DNA of 63,415 nucleotides, filler included, from a bacterium (GCA_043817485.1; 7 parts of 7 records of this genome joined end to end with filler, not necessarily neighbours in it); one strand, 5' to 3'; shown: positions 43,313-53,312, counted from the first letter of the whole stretch. Notes: generated by a model not told the origin, from the sequence alone. Translations and numbers: made by a program.

Positions 43313-43882
43313 TTATTCTAATCCATTATATTTATTCATTCCTTGTTCAACCCCTTGATTCAATATAACATTAATTATTTCTGGTATCAATTTTATATTT
43401 TCTTTTATAATCAAATCTTCATCAAAATTAAAATTTTCCAATACATAATTTTCTAAACAAGAAAATATTTTTTCTTTACCTATTCCTATTCTTATTCTTA
43501 TAAATTCCTGCGAATGCAAATGTTTTTGAATAGATTTAAGCCCATTATGTCCACCAGAACTTCCTTTATTTCTAATACGAATTTTTTTTAATGGTAAATT
43601 TATGTCATCGCAAATAACAATTATGTTGTTATAATTTATTTTATAATAATTAGCAAATAAAAATACAGATTCTCCAGAATTATTCATAAAAGTATAAGGT
43701 TTTAATAAAATAACTTTTTTGTCATCAATCTTTCCAAAACCATATTTTCCATTAAATTTAGTTTTATCAATTGTTATTTTATAAAAATTTTTTAATTCAT
43801 TTATTGCTGTAAATCCTATATTATGACGAGTACTAATATATTTTTTACCAGGATTTCCTAATCCAACAATTAAGTTATCCAT
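43313..43882 (-). CDS. pth: Peptidyl-tRNA hydrolase
   Basis: LIVGLGNPG, TRHNIGF, KPYTFMNNSG, GGHNGLKSI. Confidence 0.96.
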   Translation of the reverse strand: MDNLIVGLGNPGKKYISTRHNIGFTAINELKNFYKITIDKTKFNGKYGFGKIDDKKVILLKPYTFMNNSGESVFLFANYYKINYNNIIVICDDINLPLKKIRIRNKGSSGGHNGLKSIQKHLHSQEFIRIRIGIGKEKIFSCLENYVLENFNFDEDLIIKENIKLIPEIINVILNQGVEQGMNKYNGLE

Positions 43883-43890
43883 ATTTTTTT

Positions 43891-44541
43891 TTATTTTTTA
43901 TCAGTTTTTTTTTCGGGTTTTTTCTCTACAGTTGTTTCAGTTTTTGTTTCTGTAGGTATTTCTGCAACTTTTTCAACTACTTCTGCTTTAGGAGAAACAA
44001 TGGAAACTACTAATTCCTCAACATTTTGATATGGAGATAATTTAATACCTTCTGGAAGTATAATATTTTTAATGTAAAGTGATGTATTTAAACCCAATTT
44101 AGATATATCTATTTCAAGGTGTTTAGGAATTTGTGTTGGCAAACATTTTATTGTTAATTCTCTTTTTGTAAATTCTACTATGCCTCCTTCTTCTACACCT
44201 TTTGCTTTTCCAGTTAAAATAATTGAAACTTCAATTTCAATTTCTGTTTTTAATGAAATTTGATGAAAATCTAAATGTATAATATTTTCTGTCATGGGAT
44301 CACATTGAACATCTTGTAGAATGGCATTTATGTTTTCTCCTTCAACATTTAGATTTACAAGAACATGTTCTATTTCTTTTCCTATTGCTTTTGTGAACTC
44401 TTTTGTATTTATTTTTAAGTTCATTGGCTTAATATCTTTTCCATATAATACTGCTGGAATATATCCATTTCGTTTCATTTCTCTAATATGACTTTTTTGT
44501 TTTTTTTCTCTTTTTTCTACATTTAATAAAATTTCTTGCAT
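43891..44541 (-). CDS. rplY: 50S ribosomal protein L25/Ctc
   Basis: GYIPAVLYG, QDVQCDP...HLDF, GVEEGG; upstream of pth. Confidence 0.93.
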   Translation of the reverse strand: MQEILLNVEKREKKQKSHIREMKRNGYIPAVLYGKDIKPMNLKINTKEFTKAIGKEIEHVLVNLNVEGENINAILQDVQCDPMTENIIHLDFHQISLKTEIEIEVSIILTGKAKGVEEGGIVEFTKRELTIKCLPTQIPKHLEIDISKLGLNTSLYIKNIILPEGIKLSPYQNVEELVVSIVSPKAEVVEKVAEIPTETKTETTVEKKPEKKTDKK

Positions 44542-44639
44542 TCTTTTTTGTCTCCTTTTTAAAACTCTAATATAAAATATAAATTTGATATGAATTTGTA
44601 TATAATGTATATTGATTTGTCAAGAAAAATTACAATTTA

Positions 44640-44803
44640 AGAATAAATTGCAATGAAAGGAATAATAAAAAAAAAAATCGAAATCCAAATATCGAAATTC
44701 GAAACAAATACGAATAATCTAAATACAAATGTTCAAAACAATAGAAAAACGATTAAATTGAATTTAGTAGTTTGCAACATTTTATTTCTAATTGCAAATT
44801 AAT
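44640..44803 (-). repeat. Family E/A composite, reversed
   Basis: 44675-44741 aaatcgaaatccaaatatcgaaattcgaaacaaatacgaataatctaaatacaaatgttcaaaacaa; 44760-44800 is the reverse complement of the family E left end. Confidence 0.65.
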
Positions 44804-44859
44804 CTAAATGCAGGTAATTTATACCAAATAAAAAAATATAGTTTTCGTACAATTTAATT

Positions 44860-46095
44860 TTATATTTCTTTTGCCAAAAATTCTTCTTTTTGATTTTTCA
44901 TAATTGATGGAATAGTCATTTTTTCATTAGAAGTGTTAGAAGAATAATTGTAAGAATTATTAGAAGATGCTGGAATAATAGAATTTAATTCTTCTGAATA
45001 AATTTCTTCTTCTTTTTTTCGCTTAAACGCTGGAATTTCAAATTTATGTTCCCATTTTAATTCGTTAATTTTATTTGGTTTATAAGATGGATTTGCAAAA
45101 ACTTTTTTTTCATTTTCCTTTTCTTTTTCCTTTTTTTCAAATCCAGTAGCAATAATAGTTACTTTAAGATTATCTTCCATATTGTTATCAATAGATGTTC
45201 CCCAAATTATGTTAGCATTAGGATCTGCTAAATCTTTAATACGAGATGCTATTTCATCAATTTCTTTGATTTTCAAATTTTCTCCAGCAGTTATATTAAG
45301 TAAAATTCCACAAGCACCTTTTATAGAAGTATCTTCTAAAATAGGATTTGATATTGCTTGATGTATTGCTTGTTCAGCTCTTTTTTCTCCAGAGCTTATT
45401 CCAATGCCTATAAGAGCATTTCCCATTTCTTTTGTAATTGCTTTTATATCAGCAAAATCTAAATTAATTAAGCCAGGAAGAGTAATCAAATCTGAAATTC
45501 CTTGTACAGATTGTTTTAAAATATCATCAGCTATTTTAAGACAATCTACAAAAGAATGATTATCTTGTGTAATAGATAAAAGTTTTTGATTAGGAATTAC
45601 AATTAACGTATCAACAAATTTTTTAAGTTCTTTTATTCCTTCTTCTGCATAATTAGCTTTTCTTTTTCCTTCAAAATCAAATGGTTTAGTAACTACTGCT
45701 ATAGTAAGAGCACCTATTTCTTTAGCAATTTCAGCAATAACTGGAGAAGCACCAGTTCCAGTGCCTCCTCCTAATGTTGCTGTAATAAAAATTAAATCTG
45801 TATTTTGTAATATTTCTTTTATAATTTCTTTATCTTCTGTAGCTGCTTTAAATCCAATTTCTGGATTTGCACCAGCACCTAATCCTTTTGTTATTTTTTC
45901 TCCAATTTGAATTTTACAAGGGGTAAGTGAAGTTTTTAATACTTGAGCATCTGTATTTATTGCGATAAATTCCACTCCTTGTACATTAGTTTCAATCATT
46001 CTATTAATGGCATTTCCACCACCACCACCTACTCCGATAACTTTTATTTTAGCAGCATTATATTGTTCATTTTCAAATTCAAATGGTAAAGGCAT
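44860..46095 (-). CDS. ftsZ: Cell division protein FtsZ
   Basis: GVGGGGGNA, GGGTGTGA, NLDFAD, C-terminal EIPAFKRK. Confidence 0.98.
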   Translation of the reverse strand: MPLPFEFENEQYNAAKIKVIGVGGGGGNAINRMIETNVQGVEFIAINTDAQVLKTSLTPCKIQIGEKITKGLGAGANPEIGFKAATEDKEIIKEILQNTDLIFITATLGGGTGTGASPVIAEIAKEIGALTIAVVTKPFDFEGKRKANYAEEGIKELKKFVDTLIVIPNQKLLSITQDNHSFVDCLKIADDILKQSVQGISDLITLPGLINLDFADIKAITKEMGNALIGIGISSGEKRAEQAIHQAISNPILEDTSIKGACGILLNITAGENLKIKEIDEIASRIKDLADPNANIIWGTSIDNNMEDNLKVTIIATGFEKKEKEKENEKKVFANPSYKPNKINELKWEHKFEIPAFKRKKEEEIYSEELNSIIPASSNNSYNYSSNTSNEKMTIPSIMKNQKEEFLAKEI

Positions 46096-46152
46096 TTTAA
46101 TACCCTCCTTGATTATAATAAAAATATCAAAATGAAAAGTGTAAAAATTATT

Positions 46153-47385
46153 TTAAAAAGTTTCTTGCCACCAATTTTTTAATTTGCCAAAAATTCCATC
46201 TAAACTTTTGCGATTTAATGTTGTAAAATTTTCTTTTTGTTTTTCAGCACCAAATAAAATTAATCCAACAGAAGTAGAATAAATTGGATCATTAACTATG
46301 TTAACTAAATCTCTTACTCCTTGAGGAAAACCTATTCTCACAGATTTTTTAGTAATTTCTTCTGCTATTTTAGCGATTCCTTCCATGTTTGCAGCTCCAC
46401 CAGTTATTACTATTCCACTACCAATTCTATAAATTAAATCATTTTGACAAATATTATTTTTAATTAATTCACATATTTCTCTTACTCTTGCTTCTATTAT
46501 TTCTACTAATTCTATGCGAGTAATAGTTCGAAAGCCTTTACCATTAGTATTAGGAACTTCTATTGTTTCTGTTTCTGTTACTAAAGAAGTGCAAGCACAA
46601 CCAAATTGTTTTTTTATTTTTTCAGCATCTTTTTTAGGTGTTCCTAAAACAACAGCAATATCATTAGTAATAGTATTTCCACCTATTGGAATAAAATCGA
46701 TATAACAAAGACTTCCATCAATAAAAATTGCTAAATCTATAGAATCTCCTCCAATATTAACCAAAACTACTCCCAAATCTTTTTCATCGGGACTTAAAAC
46801 AGCATAGCTATCTGCTAATGTTTGAAAAACAAATTGGTTAATATCATATCCAGATCTATCTATACTTTTGCTTATATTTTGAACAGAAGATGCTGGAGAT
46901 GTAATAATATAAACATCGGCTTCTAATTTCATAGCACTTAATCCTAATGGATTTTTTATTCCATCTTGATCATCAACTATATATTCTTTAGGTAAAATAT
47001 GAATTACTTCTCTATCAGTAGGAATAGAAATTTTGGCATGTTCAATTACTTTTTCTATATCAACTTTTGTAATTTCTCTATCTCCTCTTAAAATAGCAAC
47101 TACTCCTCGACTATTCATTCCTTTAATTTGATTTCCACCTATATTAGTATAGACAGAAGAAATACTTGAATCGCTTCTTTCTTCAGCAAATCTCAATGCT
47201 TCTTCAATTGCATTAATTGTTTTTTCTAAATCAACAATAGCACCTTTTTTTAAAGCTGCAAAAGGAATATTTCCTGCACCAATAATTTCAATTACTCCTT
47301 CAGAATCTAATTTAGCAATAAGAGCACAAACTTTAGTTGTGCCAATATCTAAAGATGCAATTATATTATTATTTTTTTTTGCCAT
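46153..47385 (-). CDS. ftsA: Cell division protein FtsA
   Basis: LDIGTTKV, IPIGGNTITNDIA, ITGGAA, C-terminal amphipathic helix. Confidence 0.95.
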   Translation of the reverse strand: MAKKNNNIIASLDIGTTKVCALIAKLDSEGVIEIIGAGNIPFAALKKGAIVDLEKTINAIEEALRFAEERSDSSISSVYTNIGGNQIKGMNSRGVVAILRGDREITKVDIEKVIEHAKISIPTDREVIHILPKEYIVDDQDGIKNPLGLSAMKLEADVYIITSPASSVQNISKSIDRSGYDINQFVFQTLADSYAVLSPDEKDLGVVLVNIGGDSIDLAIFIDGSLCYIDFIPIGGNTITNDIAVVLGTPKKDAEKIKKQFGCACTSLVTETETIEVPNTNGKGFRTITRIELVEIIEARVREICELIKNNICQNDLIYRIGSGIVITGGAANMEGIAKIAEEITKKSVRIGFPQGVRDLVNIVNDPIYSTSVGLILFGAEKQKENFTTLNRKSLDGIFGKLKNWWQETF

Positions 47386-47698
47386 AAAAATTATTCCTTT
47401 CTATGAATTGACGATTTTTTTATTTCTATATTTCTAAAGAAACCGAAATTTGTTTTCTTTGGTGAATTGTGCTTTACATATTATTTTTTCTTTTAGATTT
47501 TTTTTATATGATTACATTTTTTAAATTGTCAAGTTTTTGTTAAAATTTCCTATAAAATAATTTCAAACAAGCAGTTTTTTTAAAATAACTTGTCAAAAAT
47601 TTGTTTACATGCTTGCAAATTAAATTAAAAATAATAAATTGACAAATTAAATTAAAAATAATAAAAGGTGAATCTTAACAATAACAAAGGTATTTTAA

Positions 47699-48209
47699 AT
47701 GAACATTATTACAGAAAATATTATTGAATTAAAAAATATAGTTAAAGTTTATAAAACTGGAAAAATTGAATTTGAAGCATTAAAAAAAATAGATTTGAAT
47801 ATAAAACATGGAGAATTTTTAGCTATAATGGGACCATCTGGTTCTGGAAAAACCACTTGTATGAATATTTTAGGATGTTTAGACAGACCTACCAGTGGTT
47901 CATACAAACTTGATGAAAAAGAAGTAAATTTACTTCAAGATAATGAACTGTCTAAAATTAGAAATAAAAAAATTGGTTTTGTATTTCAAACTTTTAATTT
48001 ACTACCACGAATAGATGCTTTTTCTAATATAGAACTTCCTTTAATTTATAGTAAAGTTAATCATAGAAAAGAAAAAGTATTAAAATTATTAGAAATGGTA
48101 GGATTGAAAGATAAAGCAAAAAATAAACCTAATGAACTTTCAGGAGGACAACAACAAAGAGTTGCTATAGCAAGAGCTTTAATCAACAATCCATCAATAA
48201 TACTTGCAG
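47699..48209 (+). CDS. LolD/MacB-like ABC transporter ATP-binding protein (truncated by gap)
   Basis: GPSGSGKTT, GFVFQTFNLL, LSGGQQQRVAIARAL. Confidence 0.9.
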
Positions 48210-48309
48210 NNNNNNNNNNNNNNNNNNNNNNNNNNNNNNNNNNNNNNNNNNNNTTAATTAATTAANNNNNNNNNNNNNNNNNNNNNNNNNNNNNNNNNNN
48301 NNNNNNNNN
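48210..48309. other. Artificial contig linker
   Basis: N44-TTAATTAATTAA-N44. Confidence 0.97.
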
Positions 48310-48418
48310 ATTCATTGATTTGCATCTCCTTTTTTTTTATTTTTTTTTATTTATAGTATAAAAAAGGGGGGAGAAGCAAATAAAATCTTAATAATTGCTA
48401 ATAATAAGCATTTTAAAG

Positions 48419-48447
48419 CGTATTGTCAAAATACTTTTGACAATACG
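48419..48447. promoter_or_regulatory. Perfect 13-bp inverted repeat, candidate operator
   Basis: cgtattgtcaaaa-tac-ttttgacaatacg, ending 25 nt upstream of the NHL gene ATG. Confidence 0.5.
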
Positions 48448-48472
48448 AAAAAATAAAAGGAGATAAAAGCAT

Positions 48473-50830
48473 ATGAAAAAGTATTTGAATTTTAAAATTT
48501 TTAAATTGATAATGTTTTTTGCTATTATTGTTTTGAATAGTTTTGTTTTTGCTGAAGAAAGATATGAATTTGAAAGAAAGTGGTCTGTTTTACAACAACC
48601 ATGGAATTTTTTTTATCCTTATGGAATAGCAATAGATAGTTTAGGCAATGTTTATGTTGCTGATACAAATAATCATCGTATTCAGAAGTTTACATCTGCT
48701 GGAGTATTGATAACTAAATGGGGAAATCTTGGTTGGGGAGATGGACAATTTGAAAATCCTTATGGAATAGCAATAGATGGATCAGGTAATGTTTATGTTA
48801 CTGATTCATGGAAACATCGTATTCAGAAGTTTACATCTGCTGGAGTATTTATAACTAAATGGGGGTATCAAGGTTCAGGAGATGGACAGTTTAATAATCC
48901 TTATGGAATAGCAATAGATAGTTTAGGCAATGTTTATGTTGTTGATGAAAATAATCATCGTATTCAGAAGTTTACATCTGCTGGAGTATTTATAACTAAA
49001 TGGGGAAGTGCAGGTTCAGGAGATGGACAATTTAGTTGGTTTAGAGGAATAGCAATAGATGGATCAGACAATGTTTATGTTGCTGATACAGGGAATAATC
49101 GTATTCAGAAGTTCAGCTCTGATGGAGTATTTATATCTAAATGGGGAAGTGCAGGTTCAGGAGATGGACAGTTTAATTATCCTTATGGAATAGCAATAGA
49201 TAGTTTAGACAATGTTTATGTTGTTGATACATGGAATCATCGTATTCAGGAATTCACATCTAATGGAGTATTTATAACTAAATTTGGAAGTCTTGGTTCA
49301 GGAGATGGACAATTTAATAATCCTGGAGGAATAGCAATAGATAGAAATGGAATGTGTAATATTTATGTTTCTGATACACAAAATCATCGTATTCAAAAAT
49401 TCACATCTAATAGAGTATTTATAACTAAATTTGTAAATAATTTTTTAGAAGATGGACAATTTAATTCTCCTGAAAAAATAGCAATAGATAGTTTAGGCAA
49501 TGTTTATGTTGCTGATACATTAAATAATCGTATACAAAAGTTCAGTTCTAATGGAGTATTTATAACTAAATTTGGAAGTTTTGGGACAGGAGATGGACAA
49601 TTTAATAATCCTTATGGAATAGCAATAGATGGATTAGATAATGTTTATGTTGCTGATACATTAAATAATCGTATACAAAAGTTCAGTTCTGCTGGAGTAT
49701 TTATAACTAAATTTGGAAGTTTTGGTGCAGGAAATGGACAATTTAATAATCCTTATGGAATAGCAATAGATGGATCAGGTAATGTTTATGTTGCTGATAC
49801 ACAAAATCATTGTATACAAGAGTTCACATCTAATGGAGTATTTCTAACTAAATTTGGAAGTCAAGGTGCAGGGAATGGACAATTTAATAATCCTTATGGA
49901 ATAGCAATAGATAGTTTAGGCAATGCTTATGTTGCTGATTCAGGAAATAATTGTATACAAAAGTTCAACAATAGTGGAGTATTTCTAACTAAATGGGGAA
50001 ATCTTGGTTCAGGAGATGGACAATTTAATAATCCTAAAGGAATAGCAATAGATTTCTTAAATAATGTTTGTGTTACTGATACACAAAATCATCGTATTCA
50101 GAAGTTCAGCTCTAATGGAGTATTTATAACTAAATTTGGAAGTCTTGGTTCAGGAGATGGACAATTTAATAATCCCAGGGGAATAGCAACAGATGGATCA
50201 GGCAATGCTTATGTTGTTGATTCAGGGAATAATTATATTAAGAAGTTTGTTCTTTTGATAATCCCAACAGTTAGCAGTATATCACCTAATACAGGGAATA
50301 ATAATGTTGCAACTAATATCACTATTACTGGTACGAATTTTACTGCTACACCAACAGTGAAAATTGGTACAACTGATTGCACTAATGTAGTTTTTGTTAG
50401 TGTAACGCAATTAACTGCAACAATCCCAGCAGGTATTATTCCCAATGTCTATGATGTTGTAGTAACTAATCCAGATACTCAAGTAGGGACATTAACAAAT
50501 GGCTTTACTGTAACAGCAGCAGTAAAAATAACTGCAATATCTAATGCAAAAATTGTAGCATATGATAATTATCCAAATCCATTTAATCCAGAATGCTATA
50601 TACCTTTAGAAATGACAAATGATAAATTACAAATGTCAAATGTGAAGATAAAAATATATAATATTCTTGGACAAGTAATTAGGGAAATAATGGGAAATAC
50701 TGCCAACAGTTCAGTATATTGGGACGGTAGAAATAATTTAGGCAACGAAGTTGCTTCAGGAATGTATTTTTACGAAACAATTATTGACAATAAGGTACAA
50801 AATTGTAAAAAGATGTTGATGTTGAAGTAA
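48473..50830 (+). CDS. Secreted protein with 12 NHL repeats, an IPT/TIG domain and a FlgD-Ig/T9SS-like C-terminal domain
   Basis: Signal peptide; 47-aa repeats QFxxPxGIAID..GNVYVAD..NHRIQKF; PTVSSISP...ITITGTNF; YPNPFNP...IYNILGQ...WDGRN...VASGMYFY...KKMLMLK. Confidence 0.9.
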   Translation: MKKYLNFKIFKLIMFFAIIVLNSFVFAEERYEFERKWSVLQQPWNFFYPYGIAIDSLGNVYVADTNNHRIQKFTSAGVLITKWGNLGWGDGQFENPYGIAIDGSGNVYVTDSWKHRIQKFTSAGVFITKWGYQGSGDGQFNNPYGIAIDSLGNVYVVDENNHRIQKFTSAGVFITKWGSAGSGDGQFSWFRGIAIDGSDNVYVADTGNNRIQKFSSDGVFISKWGSAGSGDGQFNYPYGIAIDSLDNVYVVDTWNHRIQEFTSNGVFITKFGSLGSGDGQFNNPGGIAIDRNGMCNIYVSDTQNHRIQKFTSNRVFITKFVNNFLEDGQFNSPEKIAIDSLGNVYVADTLNNRIQKFSSNGVFITKFGSFGTGDGQFNNPYGIAIDGLDNVYVADTLNNRIQKFSSAGVFITKFGSFGAGNGQFNNPYGIAIDGSGNVYVADTQNHCIQEFTSNGVFLTKFGSQGAGNGQFNNPYGIAIDSLGNAYVADSGNNCIQKFNNSGVFLTKWGNLGSGDGQFNNPKGIAIDFLNNVCVTDTQNHRIQKFSSNGVFITKFGSLGSGDGQFNNPRGIATDGSGNAYVVDSGNNYIKKFVLLIIPTVSSISPNTGNNNVATNITITGTNFTATPTVKIGTTDCTNVVFVSVTQLTATIPAGIIPNVYDVVVTNPDTQVGTLTNGFTVTAAVKITAISNAKIVAYDNYPNPFNPECYIPLEMTNDKLQMSNVKIKIYNILGQVIREIMGNTANSSVYWDGRNNLGNEVASGMYFYETIIDNKVQNCKKMLMLK

Positions 50831-50832
50831 AA

Positions 50833-51178
50833 AGGCTGTAGGTAGATAGGCTGTAGGCTGTTAGGAAAGAAATTATAAATTTTAAATTTTGAATTAGAAG
50901 AAAGAAAAAAGGCACAGAGGCATAAAGAAAGAAAGGAATAGAGAAAAAATTGCTTTGTTGTAAATGCTTTTTGTAATGATAAGGCCTTGTAGTGCGTCAT
51001 TGCGAGCATTAGCGAAGCAATCTTAAAAAAAGATAATGGAAAAGAAGGCATAGAGGCACAAAAAATAATTTTGAATTTTGAATTTTAAATTTTGAATTAA
51101 AGAAAAATCATTAAAATCTAAATTTGAAGCACGAAATTCGAAACAATATCAAATGACCAAAACACAAATGTTCAAAAC
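50833..51178. repeat. Patchwork of short tandem repeats, a CGTC-type REP and a reversed family A copy
   Basis: aggctgt x3, aattttg/a heptamers, aggcacag/aggcata units, cgtcattgcgagcattagcgaagcaatct (50995-51023), family A at 51113-51178. Confidence 0.7.
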
Positions 51179-51212
51179 TTTTAACATTACATTTAAAGAA
51201 AGGATTTAAAAA

Positions 51213-51797
51213 ATGAAAAAAATTGGTTGTATAGTTGGAATAGGTTTAGTAGTTTTTATTTTAATTATTGGAATGTCGATAATAGGAGTCTACAATAAAA
51301 TTGTTAAATTAGATCAAAATGTTAAAGAATCTTGGTCTCATGTAGAAACTCTATACCAAAGAAGAATAGATTTAATTCCTAATATGGTTGAAGTTGTAAA
51401 AAGATATGCAAAACATGAAAAACAAGTATTTGAAAATATTGCTGAAGCAAGAACAAGATATTCTGGAGCTAAAACACCAAATGATAAAATAAAAGCTGCT
51501 GGTGAAATAGAAGGATGTTTATCTCGCCTTTTAATGATTGTAGAAAATTATCCTAATTTAAAAGCTAATGAAGAATTTACAAGATTGATGGATCAATGGG
51601 AAGGAACAGAAAATAGAATTGCAGTTCAAAGAATGAGATATAATGAAAAAGTTAAACAATATAATTATACAGCAAAAAGTTTTATAGGAAGATTTTGGGT
51701 AAATATTTTTGGATTTGATAAAGAAAAAAATTATTTTGAATCTCAAACAGGTGCAGAAAAAGCACCTGTAGCAAAAGATGTATTTGGAGAAGAATAA
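51213..51797 (+). CDS. lemA: LemA family protein
   Basis: N-terminal TM; QRRIDLIPN, ENYPNLKA, EGTENRIAV..RYN. Confidence 0.93.
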   Translation: MKKIGCIVGIGLVVFILIIGMSIIGVYNKIVKLDQNVKESWSHVETLYQRRIDLIPNMVEVVKRYAKHEKQVFENIAEARTRYSGAKTPNDKIKAAGEIEGCLSRLLMIVENYPNLKANEEFTRLMDQWEGTENRIAVQRMRYNEKVKQYNYTAKSFIGRFWVNIFGFDKEKNYFESQTGAEKAPVAKDVFGEE

Positions 51798-52699
51798 TGA
51801 TTTTGAAAAAATTTAGTATTTGCTTTTCAATATTTATTCTTTTAATTACTTTTGCATTAGCAGAAAAAAATGATTTTCCTAAACCTTCTGGCTTCGTTAA
51901 TGATTTTGCTAAAGTTTTAAATGAAACTTCTAAAAATGAAATAGAAGTTTTTTTACAACAATTTGAAAAAGATACAACAACAGAATTTGTTGTTGTAACA
52001 GTGCAAAGCATTAGTCCTTATGAATCTAAAGAATATGCAGTCAAACTTTTTCAAGAATGGAAAATTGGAAAAAAAGGAAAAGATAATGGATTACTTATGC
52101 TTTTGGCAATAAAAGAAAAACGAATTGAGATTGAAATAGGATATGGATTAGAAGGCATTATTACAGATGGATTATCTGGAGAAATACTTGATAAACATGT
52201 AGTTCCTTATTTTAAACAAGGACAATGGGAACAAGGACTTTTAGAAGGAGTAAAAGTTTTTTCTGGAATAATTAAAGAAAATTCTGGAAGTGAGATAAAA
52301 AGTAATAAAAATATTTCAAAAACTAAAAATTCTTCAAATTTATTAGCACCAATTATATTTTTTATTTTTATAATTTTTTCAATATTAAGTTCTACTAATC
52401 GTTTTTCAATACCTTGTTGCAAAAAATGTAAAACAAAAAAAAATGTAAAACAAAAAAGTTATAAAGTTATTGAAAAAGCTAGTCTTACTTTTTCTGGAAT
52501 TGCAGAAACTGTTTATTTTTGCAAAAATTGTAATTATGAATGGAAAACAATGAAAAAAATTCCTCAAAAAGTACATTCTGCTTATTACGGCGGTTATTAT
52601 GGTGGTGGATTTGGTGAAAGTAATTTTGGTGGCGGTAGTTTTAGTGGTGGCTTTGGTGGAGGATGCTCTGGTGGTGGTGGAGCAGGAAGAAGTTTTTAA
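51797..52699 (+). CDS. TPM-domain membrane protein with a Cys-rich insert and Gly-rich tail
   Basis: Signal peptide; VNDFAKVL, WKIGKKGKDNG, IEIGYGLEG; TM; CKKC...CKNC; GGGCSGGGGAGRSF. Confidence 0.9.
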   Translation: MILKKFSICFSIFILLITFALAEKNDFPKPSGFVNDFAKVLNETSKNEIEVFLQQFEKDTTTEFVVVTVQSISPYESKEYAVKLFQEWKIGKKGKDNGLLMLLAIKEKRIEIEIGYGLEGIITDGLSGEILDKHVVPYFKQGQWEQGLLEGVKVFSGIIKENSGSEIKSNKNISKTKNSSNLLAPIIFFIFIIFSILSSTNRFSIPCCKKCKTKKNVKQKSYKVIEKASLTFSGIAETVYFCKNCNYEWKTMKKIPQKVHSAYYGGYYGGGFGESNFGGGSFSGGFGGGCSGGGGAGRSF

Positions 52700-52811
52700 A
52701 AATATCTTATGTTAAATATAAAAAAATAAGTAATTTTTGTGCATAATATCAAAAAAACAAGTTTACATTTTTATATTTTTATTTTTCAATTATAATTAAA
52801 GGAGAATTTTT

Positions 52812-53312
52812 ATGGAATGTCCAAAATGTAAAATAGAAATTTCTGATAAAACAGGTATTTGTAAAAAATGTACATTTGATGTCAATGAATGGGATAAACT
52901 TTTTAAACAAATTCCTAAACTTTCTGGGTATATAAATGATTTTGCTAATGTAATTTCTGAAAATATAAAAAAAGAAATGGAAAATTATATTAGTGATTTT
53001 TATAATAAAACAAAAATTACTATTGTAGTTGTTATTTGCAAAAACACAACACCTCTTATTCCATCTCAATATATTTTTTGGCTATTTAATGAATGGAAAA
53101 TTGGAGGAAAAAATAATAAAGGTGTAATGATATTATTATCTATGGAAGAAAGAAGAATAGAATCAGAAGTAGGATTTGGATTAGAACATATTTTAACAGA
53201 TGAAGAATCTGGAAATATTTTAGATAATATTGTTGTTCCATTTCTAAAAGAAACAAAATATGAAGAAGGATTATTTGCTGGAATAAAATCTATTATGGAA
53301 AAATTAAAATAA
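52812..53312 (+). CDS. Soluble TPM-domain protein with an N-terminal zinc ribbon
   Basis: CPKC...CKKC; INDFANVI, WKIGG, EVGFGLE. Confidence 0.85.
   Translation: MECPKCKIEISDKTGICKKCTFDVNEWDKLFKQIPKLSGYINDFANVISENIKKEMENYISDFYNKTKITIVVVICKNTTPLIPSQYIFWLFNEWKIGGKNNKGVMILLSMEERRIESEVGFGLEHILTDEESGNILDNIVVPFLKETKYEEGLFAGIKSIMEKLK

Noticed and set aside
48610-50250. CRISPR array suggested by regularly spaced repeats here and in the YVTN genes
   Set aside because: Periods of 141 and 120 nt are in-frame protein repeats with no unique spacers and no cas genes
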